Assembly (NCBI GenBank): GCA_048213135.1
Contig: PS015251.1
Location: 3,550-36,119 of the forward strand
DNA: 32,570 bases
Source of the DNA: Reclinomonas americana ATCC 50394
Lineage: Eukaryota
Direction of reading: 5' to 3'
This document shows positions 12,408 to 21,580 of this stretch, one piece after another (positions within the stretch are counted from its first letter, which is position 1; each line of letters starts with the position of its first letter). The position numbers and the translations under genes are program-made. A model generated the notes under the pieces. The model was not told where the DNA came from, made no database searches, and worked only from the letters and a program-made list of their open reading frames with translations.

Positions 12408-13032
12408 TGAGAGGAGAGCTCTCTCTCTCTGTCNNNNNNNNNNNNNNNNNNNNNNNNNNNNNNNNNNNNNNNNNNNNNNNNNNNNNNNNNNNNNNNNNNN
12501 NNNNNNNNNNNNNNNNNNNNNNNNNNNNNNNNNNNNNNNNNNNNNNNNNNNNNNNNNNNNNNNNNNNNNNNNNNNNNNNNNNNNNNNNNNNNNNNNNNNN
12601 NNNNNNNNNNNNNNNNNNNNNNNNNNNNNNNNNNNNNNNNNNNNNNNNNNNNNNNNNNNNNNNNNNNNNNNNNNNNNNNNNNNNNNNNNNNNNNNNNNNN
12701 NNNNNNNNNNNNNNNNNNNNNNNNNNNNNNNNNNNNNNNNNNNNNNNNNNNNNNNNNNNNNNNNNNNNNNNNNNNNNNNNNNNNNNNNNNNNNNNNNNNN
12801 NNNNNNNNNNNNNNNNNNNNNNNNNNNNNNNNNNNNNNNNNNNNNNNNNNNNNNNNNNNNNNNNNNNNNNNNNNNNNNNNNNNNNNNNNNNNNNNNNNNN
12901 NNNNNNNNNNNNNNNNNNNNNNNNNNNNNNNNNNNNNNNNNNNNNNNNNNNNNNNNNNNNNNNNNGAGAGAGAGAGAGAGTGAGAGGAGAAGCTCTCTCT
13001 CTCTGTCAGTGTGTGTGCGTAACTGGAGGCAT
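5290..13032 (-). CDS. GAS8: Dynein regulatory complex subunit 4 / growth arrest-specific 8 (trypanin family), ~506 aa
   Basis: Exons 13032-13024, 12294-12212, 11156-11003, 10798-10718, 10651-10426, 9233-9061, 9000-8797, 7485-7328, 7268-7046, 5499-5290; all phases match (1521 nt). Family motifs: MPPKGKKGKK, YFQLERDRLNTFWELT, KIYKQKIRHLLYE, EIKEYYNDITSNNIELIKGLKEE, RNLLLERKL, HNETIRTYEEHL..GVPLEDLGFRPL. The 9-nt first exon and the extreme C-terminus (possible extra donor at 5293) are less certain. Confidence 0.93.
5500..6760. repeat. Degenerate GA-rich minisatellite in GAS8 intron 9
   Basis: Many copies of gagaggagagcga(g/a)tgggaaa and gatagaataaggggtgggaa-type units. Confidence 0.85.
7640..8660. 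repeat. Degenerate minisatellite in GAS8 intron 7
   Basis: About nine copies of a cactcatgcgaaatgaa-like core separated by GA-rich spacers. Confidence 0.8.
9310..10030. repeat. Tandem repeat in GAS8 intron 5 (188-nt near-exact duplication plus diverged units)
   Basis: The blocks starting at 9331 and 9519 are near-identical. The core gatacctgctgacag occurs at 9333, 9416, 9521, 9604, 9792 and 9984. Confidence 0.88.
11185..12075. repeat. (GAGAAG)n-like tract plus three diverged ~110-nt units in GAS8 intron 2
   Basis: gagaaggtgaa units at 11185-11600; cactgt(t/a)tg(a/g)tgag-containing units at about 11830, 11930 and 12040. Confidence 0.7.
12434..12965. other. Assembly gap (532 N) inside GAS8 intron 1
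   Basis: N run. Shorter 20-N gaps lie at 18437-18456, 22620-22639 and 29387-29406, all within microsatellite tracts. Confidence 0.99.
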
Positions 13033-13420
13033 TGAGCGAGAGTGTGTGACAGCGCGCGATTGAGTGATTCGCGCTTTCAACGGTCAGTGATGTGGCAGGT
13101 GTCATCGCTGCACATCATGCATCATTGGTTGTCTCGCTCGTTGTTTTGCTCCGCAGAAGTGCAGTGCCTGAATGAGTAGAGTGCGCGCAGTGTACAGAAG
13201 AGTGCTTTACATACTCGCCGACTATAATTGCGCTTGTGGAAATTGCAAGCGACGACGAAATCGAAATCGAAGCAGTGTGCATGTTGCAATTGAGCAGTGT
13301 GCTGGGCACGGTGTGCGCTCCTGCCAGAGGATGAGAAGATTTAACAGTAGAGAATAGGGCAAGTCAACAGAGCAAGAATGATGGGAAAAGAGGGAGAGAG
13401 CAAAGGCCAAACAAATATCG

Positions 13421-13671
13421 AGCTGTCTTGCAATTGATGACCAAGTCCAACAGTATCCAAAACATCAACACAAACACCAGTCTTGAGCGGCAGCAGCAGG
13501 TTCCTTGTGTGCAACAACAACTTCGTTCACCAACAAACAAGCAACAGCTGTCTTGATGACCAAGTTCAACCGTATCCAAAACATCAACACAGACACCAAT
13601 CTTGAGGCAGCAGCAGGTTTCTTGTGTGTGTTCGCTCTCGGAGCTCCGAACAAGTCGAGAACTGCGATCTT
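13421..13671. repeat. Dispersed repeat copy 2 (13521-13671) preceded by a diverged partial copy (13421-13511)
   Basis: cttc(g/a)ttcaccaacaaacaagcaacagctgtcttgatgaccaagttcaaccg...ggagctccgaacaagtcg...gagaactgcgatctt is shared with 2826-2996. Confidence 0.85.
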
Positions 13672-14209
13672 ACCTGTGGATTTGACGCACTTGCATACGC
13701 ATAGCGTTTTCTGCGATCGTACACGGCACATCGAATTCGGGGGAAGGCCAAAGCCAGGCAAACACGTCCGGATCCGCGCAACAAGCAAAAACAGTGCACA
13801 GACACAACAAGTTTACCAATTCAACCTCACAGTGCAGCTGCAACACCATTCTTCGTGAGTGTCATACCGAAAGCCATCTACGGCGTGCAAAACGCAACTG
13901 ACAATGCTGCCCTTTGCTTGCCATCGCCATCGCCGTCACCTCAAACTGCATGTCACACAGTAAGCCACTCTCCCCTCCTCCAACCCTCTCTATAACAAAA
14001 AATAGAAACTTCACTGATCCACACACAACAATGAGCATCTACCAGTGATCGCCAACAAGTCTCGTGTGCTTTGATGTTGAGCATGAAGCCCTCTTCCATC
14101 TTTCCCTCTCCCTCTCCCCCTCCTCCCTCCTTTTCCCTCTTACCCCCTCCCTTTCCCTCTTACCCCCTCCCCCCCTCTCCCCCTCCCTTTCCCTCTTACC
14201 CCTCCCCAC

Positions 14210-16884
14210 TCACAACGACTTTCGCGGTCCCCGCCTCGCACGTCGCGACTGCGACCCCGACGCCCCACCCGCCGCCGCCGAATCATCAGTGGCCGCAAAG
14301 TCCGCCGCATGCACCGCCGCATCGGTGAGACGTGCAGTGGCGTCGCTGAGCGAGAGCAGAGTGGCCCAGTCGACGTGACCCTTGGCCTCGGTGCTCAGCT
14401 GCTTGATTTTGACCGCCACATTGTAGGCGCGAGCGGCCATGTGAGTGGCCACGTCCAGGTCGTGCACGCGACCAGAGGATGATGATGAGGTAGAGGAGGA
14501 GGACGGCCCGCCTTGATCGCCGGCTTCAATGGCGGCGGCAATCGCCGCCGCGCTCTGCAGCGTCAAGGCCGAGGCGGCATTCTTCTCGGGATCCAGGTCC
14601 TCGTCCGGCACGACACGTCGGTTGGCCAGCGCGGCTGCCAGCCACGAGTCGGCGCGCACGTCAGGCGCTGCGAGAGAGTGTGTGTGGCGAGTGAGGGGTA
14701 CATTGGTGATAGAGTAATGATCGCTGTAGACGTACCAGCTGCAGCTATTGGGTGCGGCATCGGGGCTGCTGCTGCCGCTGCTGCCGCGGGGGAAACTGTG
14801 ACGAAACGCCCAAGTGAGTAATGTGTTTGCGAGCGAGATATAGTCACTCACGCGCTCACCTTGGCGATCCCACGCCACTGGTGGTTTCCAGCCCGCCGGC
14901 TTTTCTGCTTTTTCCGCCTTGGCTTCGACGCCGAACTTGTACCGGACATGTCGCGCCGCGCCGATACCGCGACCCGGATGCCATGGGTTGCCGAAACCGT
15001 CAGCAATTGCAGCTTGCAGCACCCCAAAGCCTCCAGCAGCAGGCTTTGGGGAGGCGGCGAAGATGCCCGCCGGCTTTTCTGCGTTTTCAGCCTTGGCTTC
15101 GACGCCGAACTTGTACCTGCCATGCCCGAAACCGCGACCAGGATGCCATGGGTTGCCGAAACCGTCAGCATCTGCAGCTCGCAGCACCCCGAAGGGAGGT
15201 TTCCATCCACCGCCTCGACCGGCCTGTCCGCCACCAACAGCCAGACCTCGGCCAATGCCACCAGGAGCAGCAGCCGCACCAAAGCCACCGGCTGCTTGCC
15301 CTGCACCAAAGCCAACACCACCCTTTGCAGCGAAGCCACCAGCAGCCTGCCCACCGCCGAAGCCGCCAGCAGCTTGCATTGCGCCGAAGCGTCCACCACC
15401 CTTCGCACCGAAGCCACCTCCAGCTTGCCCTCCGAAGCCACCTCCACCAGCTTGCCCTGCACCGAAGCCGCCTCCACCAGCTTGCCCACCGCCAAAGCCG
15501 GCAGGAGCAGCCTGTGCAGCACCGAAGCCACCTCCAGCTTGCCCTCCGAAGCCACCTCCAGAAGCTTGCCCTCCACCAAAGGCACCTCCACCAGCTTGCC
15601 CGCCGCCAAAGCCGCCTCCGCCAGCAGCCTGCCCTCCACCAAAGGCTCCGCCAGCAGCCTGCGCTCCACCAAAGGCACCTCCAGCCTGCCCTCCGCCAAA
15701 GGCACCAGCAGGTTGCCCTCCGCCAAAGCCGGCAGGAGGAGCATAGGCAGCACCGAAGCTACTTCCAGCTTGCCCACCACCAAAGCCACCACCACCAGCC
15801 TGCCCGCCGCCAAAGCCGGCAGGAGCAGCCTGCGCTCCGCCAAAGGCACCACCAGCTTGCCCTCCGCCAAAGCCGCCACCACCCTTCGCAGCAAAGCCAC
15901 CAGCAGGTTGCCCTGCACCGAAGCCGCCTCCGCCAGCCTGCGCTCCGCCGAAGCCTCCGCCAGCCTGCCCTCCACCAAAGCCTCCACCTCCCTTTGCGGC
16001 GAAGCCACCTCCAGCTTGTTGCCCTGCACCGAAGCCTCCACCAGCTTGCCCTGCACCGAAGCCACCTCCACCAGCTTGCCCTCCACCAAAGGCACCTCCA
16101 CCACCTTGCCCACCGCCAAAGCCGCCTCCACCAGCAGCCTGCCCTCCGCCAAAGGCACTAGCAGCTTGCCCTCCGCCAAAGCCGGCAGGAGCAGCCTGTG
16201 CAGCACCGAAGCCACCTCCAGCACCTTGCCCTCCGCCGAAGCCACCTCCAGCTTGCCCTCCGCCAAAGGCACCTCCAGCCTGCCCTCCACCAAAGGCTCC
16301 GCCAGCAGGTTGCCCTCCGCCGAAGCCGGCAGCAGCAGCTTGCCCTCCACCAAAGGCTCCGCCAGCAGCCTGCGCTCCACCAAAGCCGACAGGAGCCTGT
16401 GCAACGAAGGCTGTCCGCCATTTGCCAAAGCCACCTCCAGCAGCTTGCCCTCCACCAAAGGCTCCGCCAGCAGCTTGCCCTTTGCCAAAGCCCCCTCCAC
16501 CTGGCCCTTTGCCAAAGCCCCCTCCACCACCCACCTGCATAACACCCACATCCCGGATCTTCATAGGCTCCACTGCACGTGCACGGACCGCGAAACCTGC
16601 ATCTGCATGCTCGCGGATCACCTTCTCCATGTGGGCTTCGGGGAGCGCGCGGAACTCGCCCTGCGTGAGGTCCTCCAGGCGGAGTTCTTCCACAGAGCGG
16701 CTGTCGAAGAGCGGGTGCGCGGAGATGTGGCGGCACGCGAGGCACTGAGGAGGAGTGAGTGAGTGAGAGGGCGGAAAGAGAGAGAGAGGAGGGGGAGAGA
16801 TGAAACTTCGTCGCGGGCTTGGTATGGATGCTTTTCGCGAATGACGACATAGTTGTCCATGAAGCCGCCAGTGCCCCACAGCAT
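14210..16884 (-). CDS. Nup98-like protein: N-terminal GLEBS motif, long Gly/Ala/Gln GFG-repeat region, unrecognised C-terminus (~826 aa)
   Basis: Exons 16884-16807, 16744-14860, 14795-14736, 14667-14210 (2481 nt, phases match). RHISAHPLFDSRSVEELRLEDL matches the Rae1/Gle2-binding GLEBS pattern (I-S/T-A...S-x-EELR-x-ED). It is followed by dozens of GGFGGGQA / GAFGGGQA repeats. Confidence 0.8.
14892..15194 (-). repeat. Internal coding duplication (~174-nt period) in the Nup98-like gene
   Basis: Two copies of FGVLxAAxADGFGNPWHPGRGxG...RYKFGVEAKAExAEKPAG. Confidence 0.85.
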
Positions 16885-17289
16885 GGTATTGTGTGTGTGT
16901 GAGTGGGAGAAGGGAGAAGAGAAGAGAGGGAGTGTGTGCTGAAGAGTTCGTTCGGAAATGTGAGCGGGACACGCTCCTGTGCATCTGTGTGCGCCTCCCT
17001 TTGGCGAGAGCACGAGTGTCAAGGGTCAGGGGTCACCGCGTGCTGTCTTTGCGGCAAAGCTGCAGAGAATTAGGCGAGAACGTCGACGTCGACGTCGCGA
17101 TCGACTCAAAATGCATCGCCACAGCGTTGCTGCACAGCAGTGTGCAAGCCGATAGGTGGTCCCAATAGGTTTGCAGGAGAGTTCCAAGTTCGTCGCCAAG
17201 TGCGGAATGCCCTTGTGGCCACATGCGATTCAAAGGCGTTGACGTCGAACATTTAGGCGCGATGTTCTCGACGCTGCATGTCTCACAGC

Positions 17290-17903
17290 CGGTTCTGCAC
17301 CGCTTCCAATGTAGTACACAGCTCTATACACCTTCTGCGACTTGCAGTCCAGCTTGTCGACCTCGCATTCTCGAGAAAACAGGACTCCCGTGTGTCCCGC
17401 ATCACTGCATCTTTTGAAAAACGGAGAAATGCGCGCCCTCCTCGCCCTCCTCACTCTCGCACTGCTGCTCCTCCTTGCCAGTGCACATGTGACTCTCAAC
17501 TCAGAGAGGATCACTCTTATGGACATGGAGGAGGCGACTCCCACCTTGCAGCCTTACAACTTCACAAATTCGAACAACAACGCAGTTCTGGAGCCGCTAT
17601 CTGCTCTCGTCGGTTCTGCACTGCTCCCGATGTACTACACAGCCTTCTACACCTTCTGCAACTTGCAGTCCAGCTTGTCTACCTTGCATTCTCGAGAAAA
17701 GAGGATTCTTACTGTCCTCCAGCATCTCTGCATCTCGACATTCAGCGGAGAAATGCGCGCTCTCCTCGCCCTCCTCTCACTCTCCCTCTTGCTGGTCCTC
17801 GCCAGTGCACATGTGACTCTCAACTCTGAGAAGACCGCCTCGACAGTGGCTCTCATGGACATGGAGGAGGCGACTCCCACCTTGCAGCCTTTCAACTGCA
17901 CAA
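17290..17903 (+). repeat. ~320-bp tandem duplication covering the upstream region, start codon and signal peptide of the lipase gene
   Basis: 17290-17567 aligns with 17610-17903. Both contain cggagaaATGCGCGC.CTCCTCGCCCTCCTC...ATGGACATGGAGGAGGCGACTCCCACCTTGCAGCCTT, with ATGs at 17429 and 17753. Confidence 0.9.
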
Positions 17904-18391
17904 TGCAGTGGCCGTCGCATCCGCGCGCCACCAACGTCAATGCGCTGCACATGGAGGATATCAAGGTCGTCATGGCGCTGGGAGACTCAATGTCGGTATG
18001 TGTGTGCATTGATGAATGAGAGAGAGATTGTGATAAAAGATTTTCCTTCTCTTTCACTCTCTCACTCTCCGCACAAGCTCTTTGCGTGCAAGGTTGTTAT
18101 CTGGACTCTTTACCATGTCAGCCTTCATTCTCTGTCATGACCCCTTGTTCTTCTTCTTATTCTTCTTCTTCTCATCTCTGTCTTTCACTTTTCTACTCTT
18201 TCCTTCTCTCTCACTCTCTCTCGCATGCTCTCTCCTTCTCACTTAGTGTGCATGCTTGTTTTCAGGACTCATTCCCCAGTCAGCCTGCATTCTCTGTCAT
18301 GACCCCTTCTTCTTCTTCTTCATCTCTTCTCCTCTTCTCTGTCTTCCACTTTCCCTCTCGTCCCCTCCGTCTCACTCACTCTGTCTCTCTG

Positions 18392-18435
<44 letters not shown>

Positions 18436-21400
18436 CNNNNNNNNNNNNNNNNNNNNTCTCTCTCTCTCTCTCTCTGTCTCTGAATTCGCCAGCACTGTCT
18501 GTTTTTCCGTTCTCGGTCCGTCTTCCTGTTTTTTCCCGGCATTCTCTCTTGCCTTTGTGCTGCGCGTGGCAGTCCGTTTGCCTCTAACTCGTCGTGCTCT
18601 TCTTTGTCCTTCGTCGCACCGTTCTTATATTCTGTCTTTGCGTTCAGTTTCCCCTTCTCTTTCCCCATTTCTCGCTCGCTCTCGTTCTCGCTCTCTTGCC
18701 CTCTCACTGTGCATGTTGCAGTATATTTGCCTTTCAGTACTCGTCTTCGCCTTTGTCTCGATGTCGCACCTCCTTGCGGTCTCGATACTTCCCAAGTGCT
18801 TGCGTTCATCTATTCATTGCCCTCTTTCTGTTGCTGACTCGCCCTTCTCTCTGCTCGTCTCCTCCCGTTCTGTGCTATTCTCCTCATTCTCCCTGTCTTT
18901 CTACCCATTCAATCTCCACACGATTTGTTTCTTCTCCTCCCTTCTCCACACGTTTCCTCCCTTCTCCCAATCTCCTCCCTTCTCCTTCCTTCTCCTTCCT
19001 TCTCCTTCTCCTTATTCCCCCTTCCCCTTCCCCTTCCTCCCAGGCCGGCTTCGCCATGCACTCCCCCCACGCCTACGTCCTCATCGACACCCTCGTCGAG
19101 TTCCGCGGCGACGTGTTCTCCATTGGCGGCAACAAGGGCCAGTTCACCCTGCCTAATTTCATCAAGGTCTGATCCTTGAAACCTGGCTGGTTTCCCCGTT
19201 GTTTTGCGCTCACCTGTGCCGCCAGGTATTCCGCCCCGATTTGGTCGGCGCTTCGATTGGTAACAGGTGCGACGTGTTCTTCTCTTGCTCTCACGTGTCG
19301 CGGTGCTCATGATGCGTGCACATGAAGCCTCCCGCTGGACGCCATCAAGTGGAAGGATCACATCATCCAGCCATTCGACCCGAAGGTGACGCACCTCAAC
19401 GGTGCGCAGTCGCAAGCCAAGGTGGCTGATGTGCCCGCGCAAGTGGAGTTGAGTGGGGGGCGGCAAGAGAGATCACAATCTGCTTGTGCTCCAATTTTGG
19501 CAGCTTTACTTCCATTCTCCACGTCTCCATGGCACTGTTCTTGCCTCTTTACTAATTCTTCCTCCCTTGAATCCACACTTTGCATCTATATTGCTCAGCA
19601 TGTCCCGCCGCTCGCCTCTCGTGCTCCAAACTCGACACCTGTGATTGTCTGCCCGTTTCAATCGTGTTATACGTCTCGTCGCTTTGCCTTGATCCTCAGG
19701 TTTCAGCTCGTGTCGTTCCCCTTTCATTTCCGCTCATTGCGTGTGCTGCTGCCCTCTTCACTTCACCTGCCTCACGTCTTGATCCTCGCCACCCCTCAAC
19801 TTTCCACATTCTCTCTCTTTCTGTACTCACAGCGTTCTCTTTTCCATTCCCCTTCTACAGCTACCTCGTCAGCCAGCTCAAGACCACCTACGCCGACGTC
19901 GTCGACTTTGACAACGACTGGAAGGTGTGTCGTCTGTCACAGAATCTTTGCCTTCTCTCTCACTCACTGTCACTCTGCAGATGCTCACCATGATCATCGG
20001 TTCGACTGCTCAACCCTTAGCCGCTTTCCTTTCTCTCTCTATCCTGACTTCTTCGCCCTCACAGGTGCCAACAACCTGTGCGGCGCATGCAAGGGCCGGG
20101 TGCGCAAATTCATCAACTGCACATTGCTTCATGCAGTCGTCGCTCACCGTCTTGCCTCTCGCAGGACTACGCCAACCCCGACTACTACGAGCAGCAGCTG
20201 GACAACATCATGCAGACCATCGAGTCGCAGATCCCGCGGTATGTTTCTTCGTCGCTCCGTTCTGTGAACAGAACTCACTCCTCTCCATCTCTCCAGCGTC
20301 TTTGTCAACTTGCTCCCCATGTTCAACATCTCGCAGTTGCGGCGAGGTGCATTCGTCTTCTGCCCTGTGTTATCGCTGACGATCGTCACGCAGGGTTCAC
20401 GAGTTCGCCATGACGAGCGAGTATTGCCGGGTGAGTGCACAAGCACGAAACGCTGTTGATTTGCATCTTTCCCCTTGCGTTCACTTTCACGCTCTTTCTG
20501 TCCCTCCCATTTCCACTCACAGCTTGCTCCTCTTCCTCTCTCTCTCCCTCCCTCTTCCTTTCAACGCTGTCTTTTTGTTCCTCAATCGCCTCATTTCTGT
20601 CACCCGTGTCTTCTCTTGTCACGTTGCTTGCTTGCGCTCTTCTTCTGTGCCGTATTCTTCTGTTTTCCCCGCCCTCTCACACGCACCCGCCTTCACTCTC
20701 TTTTTCTCTTTCCCTCCCTTCCCTTCCTCCATCCATCCATCTCACCCTCCTCTCCCTCCCCGCAGTTCATGTGGAAGGACATTGTGAAGACGGTACGTTT
20801 CCAACACATCTCACACCCCCTCTCTCCTCTTACAACTCACCGTCCCCCTCTGTCACACCGCAGGAATGCATGGTAATTCTTCACCCATTCACCCACCCTT
20901 CTCCCTCCCCGCTCACCCTCTTCCTGTCAGTGCCTGCAAGGCGATGCCACCGACAATGACCGCCTCGTGATGGACCAGTATGCCGTCGAGTTCCGCAAGC
21001 GCGCCAACATTGTGGCCGAGCGCTGGCAGGCCAAGAACCTGCCTGGCTTCACGGTTCGTATGCGTGGGAAGAGATCCGCAATTGTCTCTCTCGTCACTCA
21101 CCTCTCGTGTGCAGGTCAAGGTCCAGCCGTTCACGGAGAACCATATCCTTTTGCAGTCAATGGTCCCCCTCTCGTCCTTGTCGTTTCTTCGTCCTTGACT
21201 CCCCGTATTGCACTGAAGATTCTCGGGCTGGAGTACGTGTCCAAGCTTGACTGCTTCCACCCGTCGTACCTGGCCGACGGCGCATTCTCTCTTGGCCTGT
21301 GGAACAAGTTGCGTGTGCAACCATTGCAGATGAGTGCGAATCGTTGCTCATCTCTGTCCCGCAGCCTCATGTCGAGCCCGGCGGAGAAGATGCACACCAT

Positions 21401-21511
21401 CGACTTTGATCATCTCGACTGGAAGGTGCGTCGAGTGCGCTCCTGACTAATCTTTGTGCCTCTCACCACTCCTCTCCACAGTGCCCCGGACCGGACACGG
21501 TGTTCCAGTGA
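17753..21511 (+). CDS. PLB1: Secreted single-domain phospholipase B1-like GDSL/SGNH lipase (~388 aa, 17 exons)
   Basis: Exons 17753-17995, 19044-19166, 19226-19266, 19328-19447, 19861-19924, 19981-19999, 20065-20099, 20165-20238, 20297-20335, 20394-20430, 20766-20792, 20864-20872, 20931-21053, 21115-21142, 21214-21307, 21365-21425, 21482-21511 (1167 nt, in frame). Signal peptide MRALLALLSLSLLLVLASA. Family motifs: DIKVVMALGDSMSAG, FSIGG..TLPNF, DFDNDWKMLTMIIGANNLC, IPRVFVNL, VQPF, LDCFHPS, LWNNLM. Confidence 0.9.
21143..21213 (+). other. U12-type (minor spliceosome) AT-AC intron, 71 nt
   Basis: 5' end ATATCCTTT, branch site TCCTTGAC at 21192-21199, 3' end GCAC. Removal restores QPFTENLKILGLEYVSKLDCFHPS in frame. 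Confidence 0.88.
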
Positions 21512-21580
21512 AACCAAGCACACTGGCGTGCACTCAGACACCCACATGCAAACAAATGAATTCCAACAATGAGTACTTCA

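Noticed and set aside
12395-13010. Duplicated sequence on both sides of the large N gap (and of the gap at 22620-22639)
   Set aside because: Most likely overlapping contig ends in microsatellite; not evidence of an insertion.
14700-14745. SWYVYSDHYS resembles the Nup98 autocleavage motif (W-x-F-x-V-x-HFS)
   Set aside because: It falls almost entirely inside a well-formed 68-nt GTACGT...CAG intron, and no surrounding APD similarity is evident.
14821-16762. Long alternative-frame and antisense ORFs (446, 567, 633, 275 aa)
   Set aside because: Shadows of the GC-rich GFG repeat coding region.
21163-21218. GT-AG intron alternative in the lipase gene
   Set aside because: Weak donor (GTCCCC) and AAG acceptor; the overlapping AT-AC intron matches all three U12 signals.
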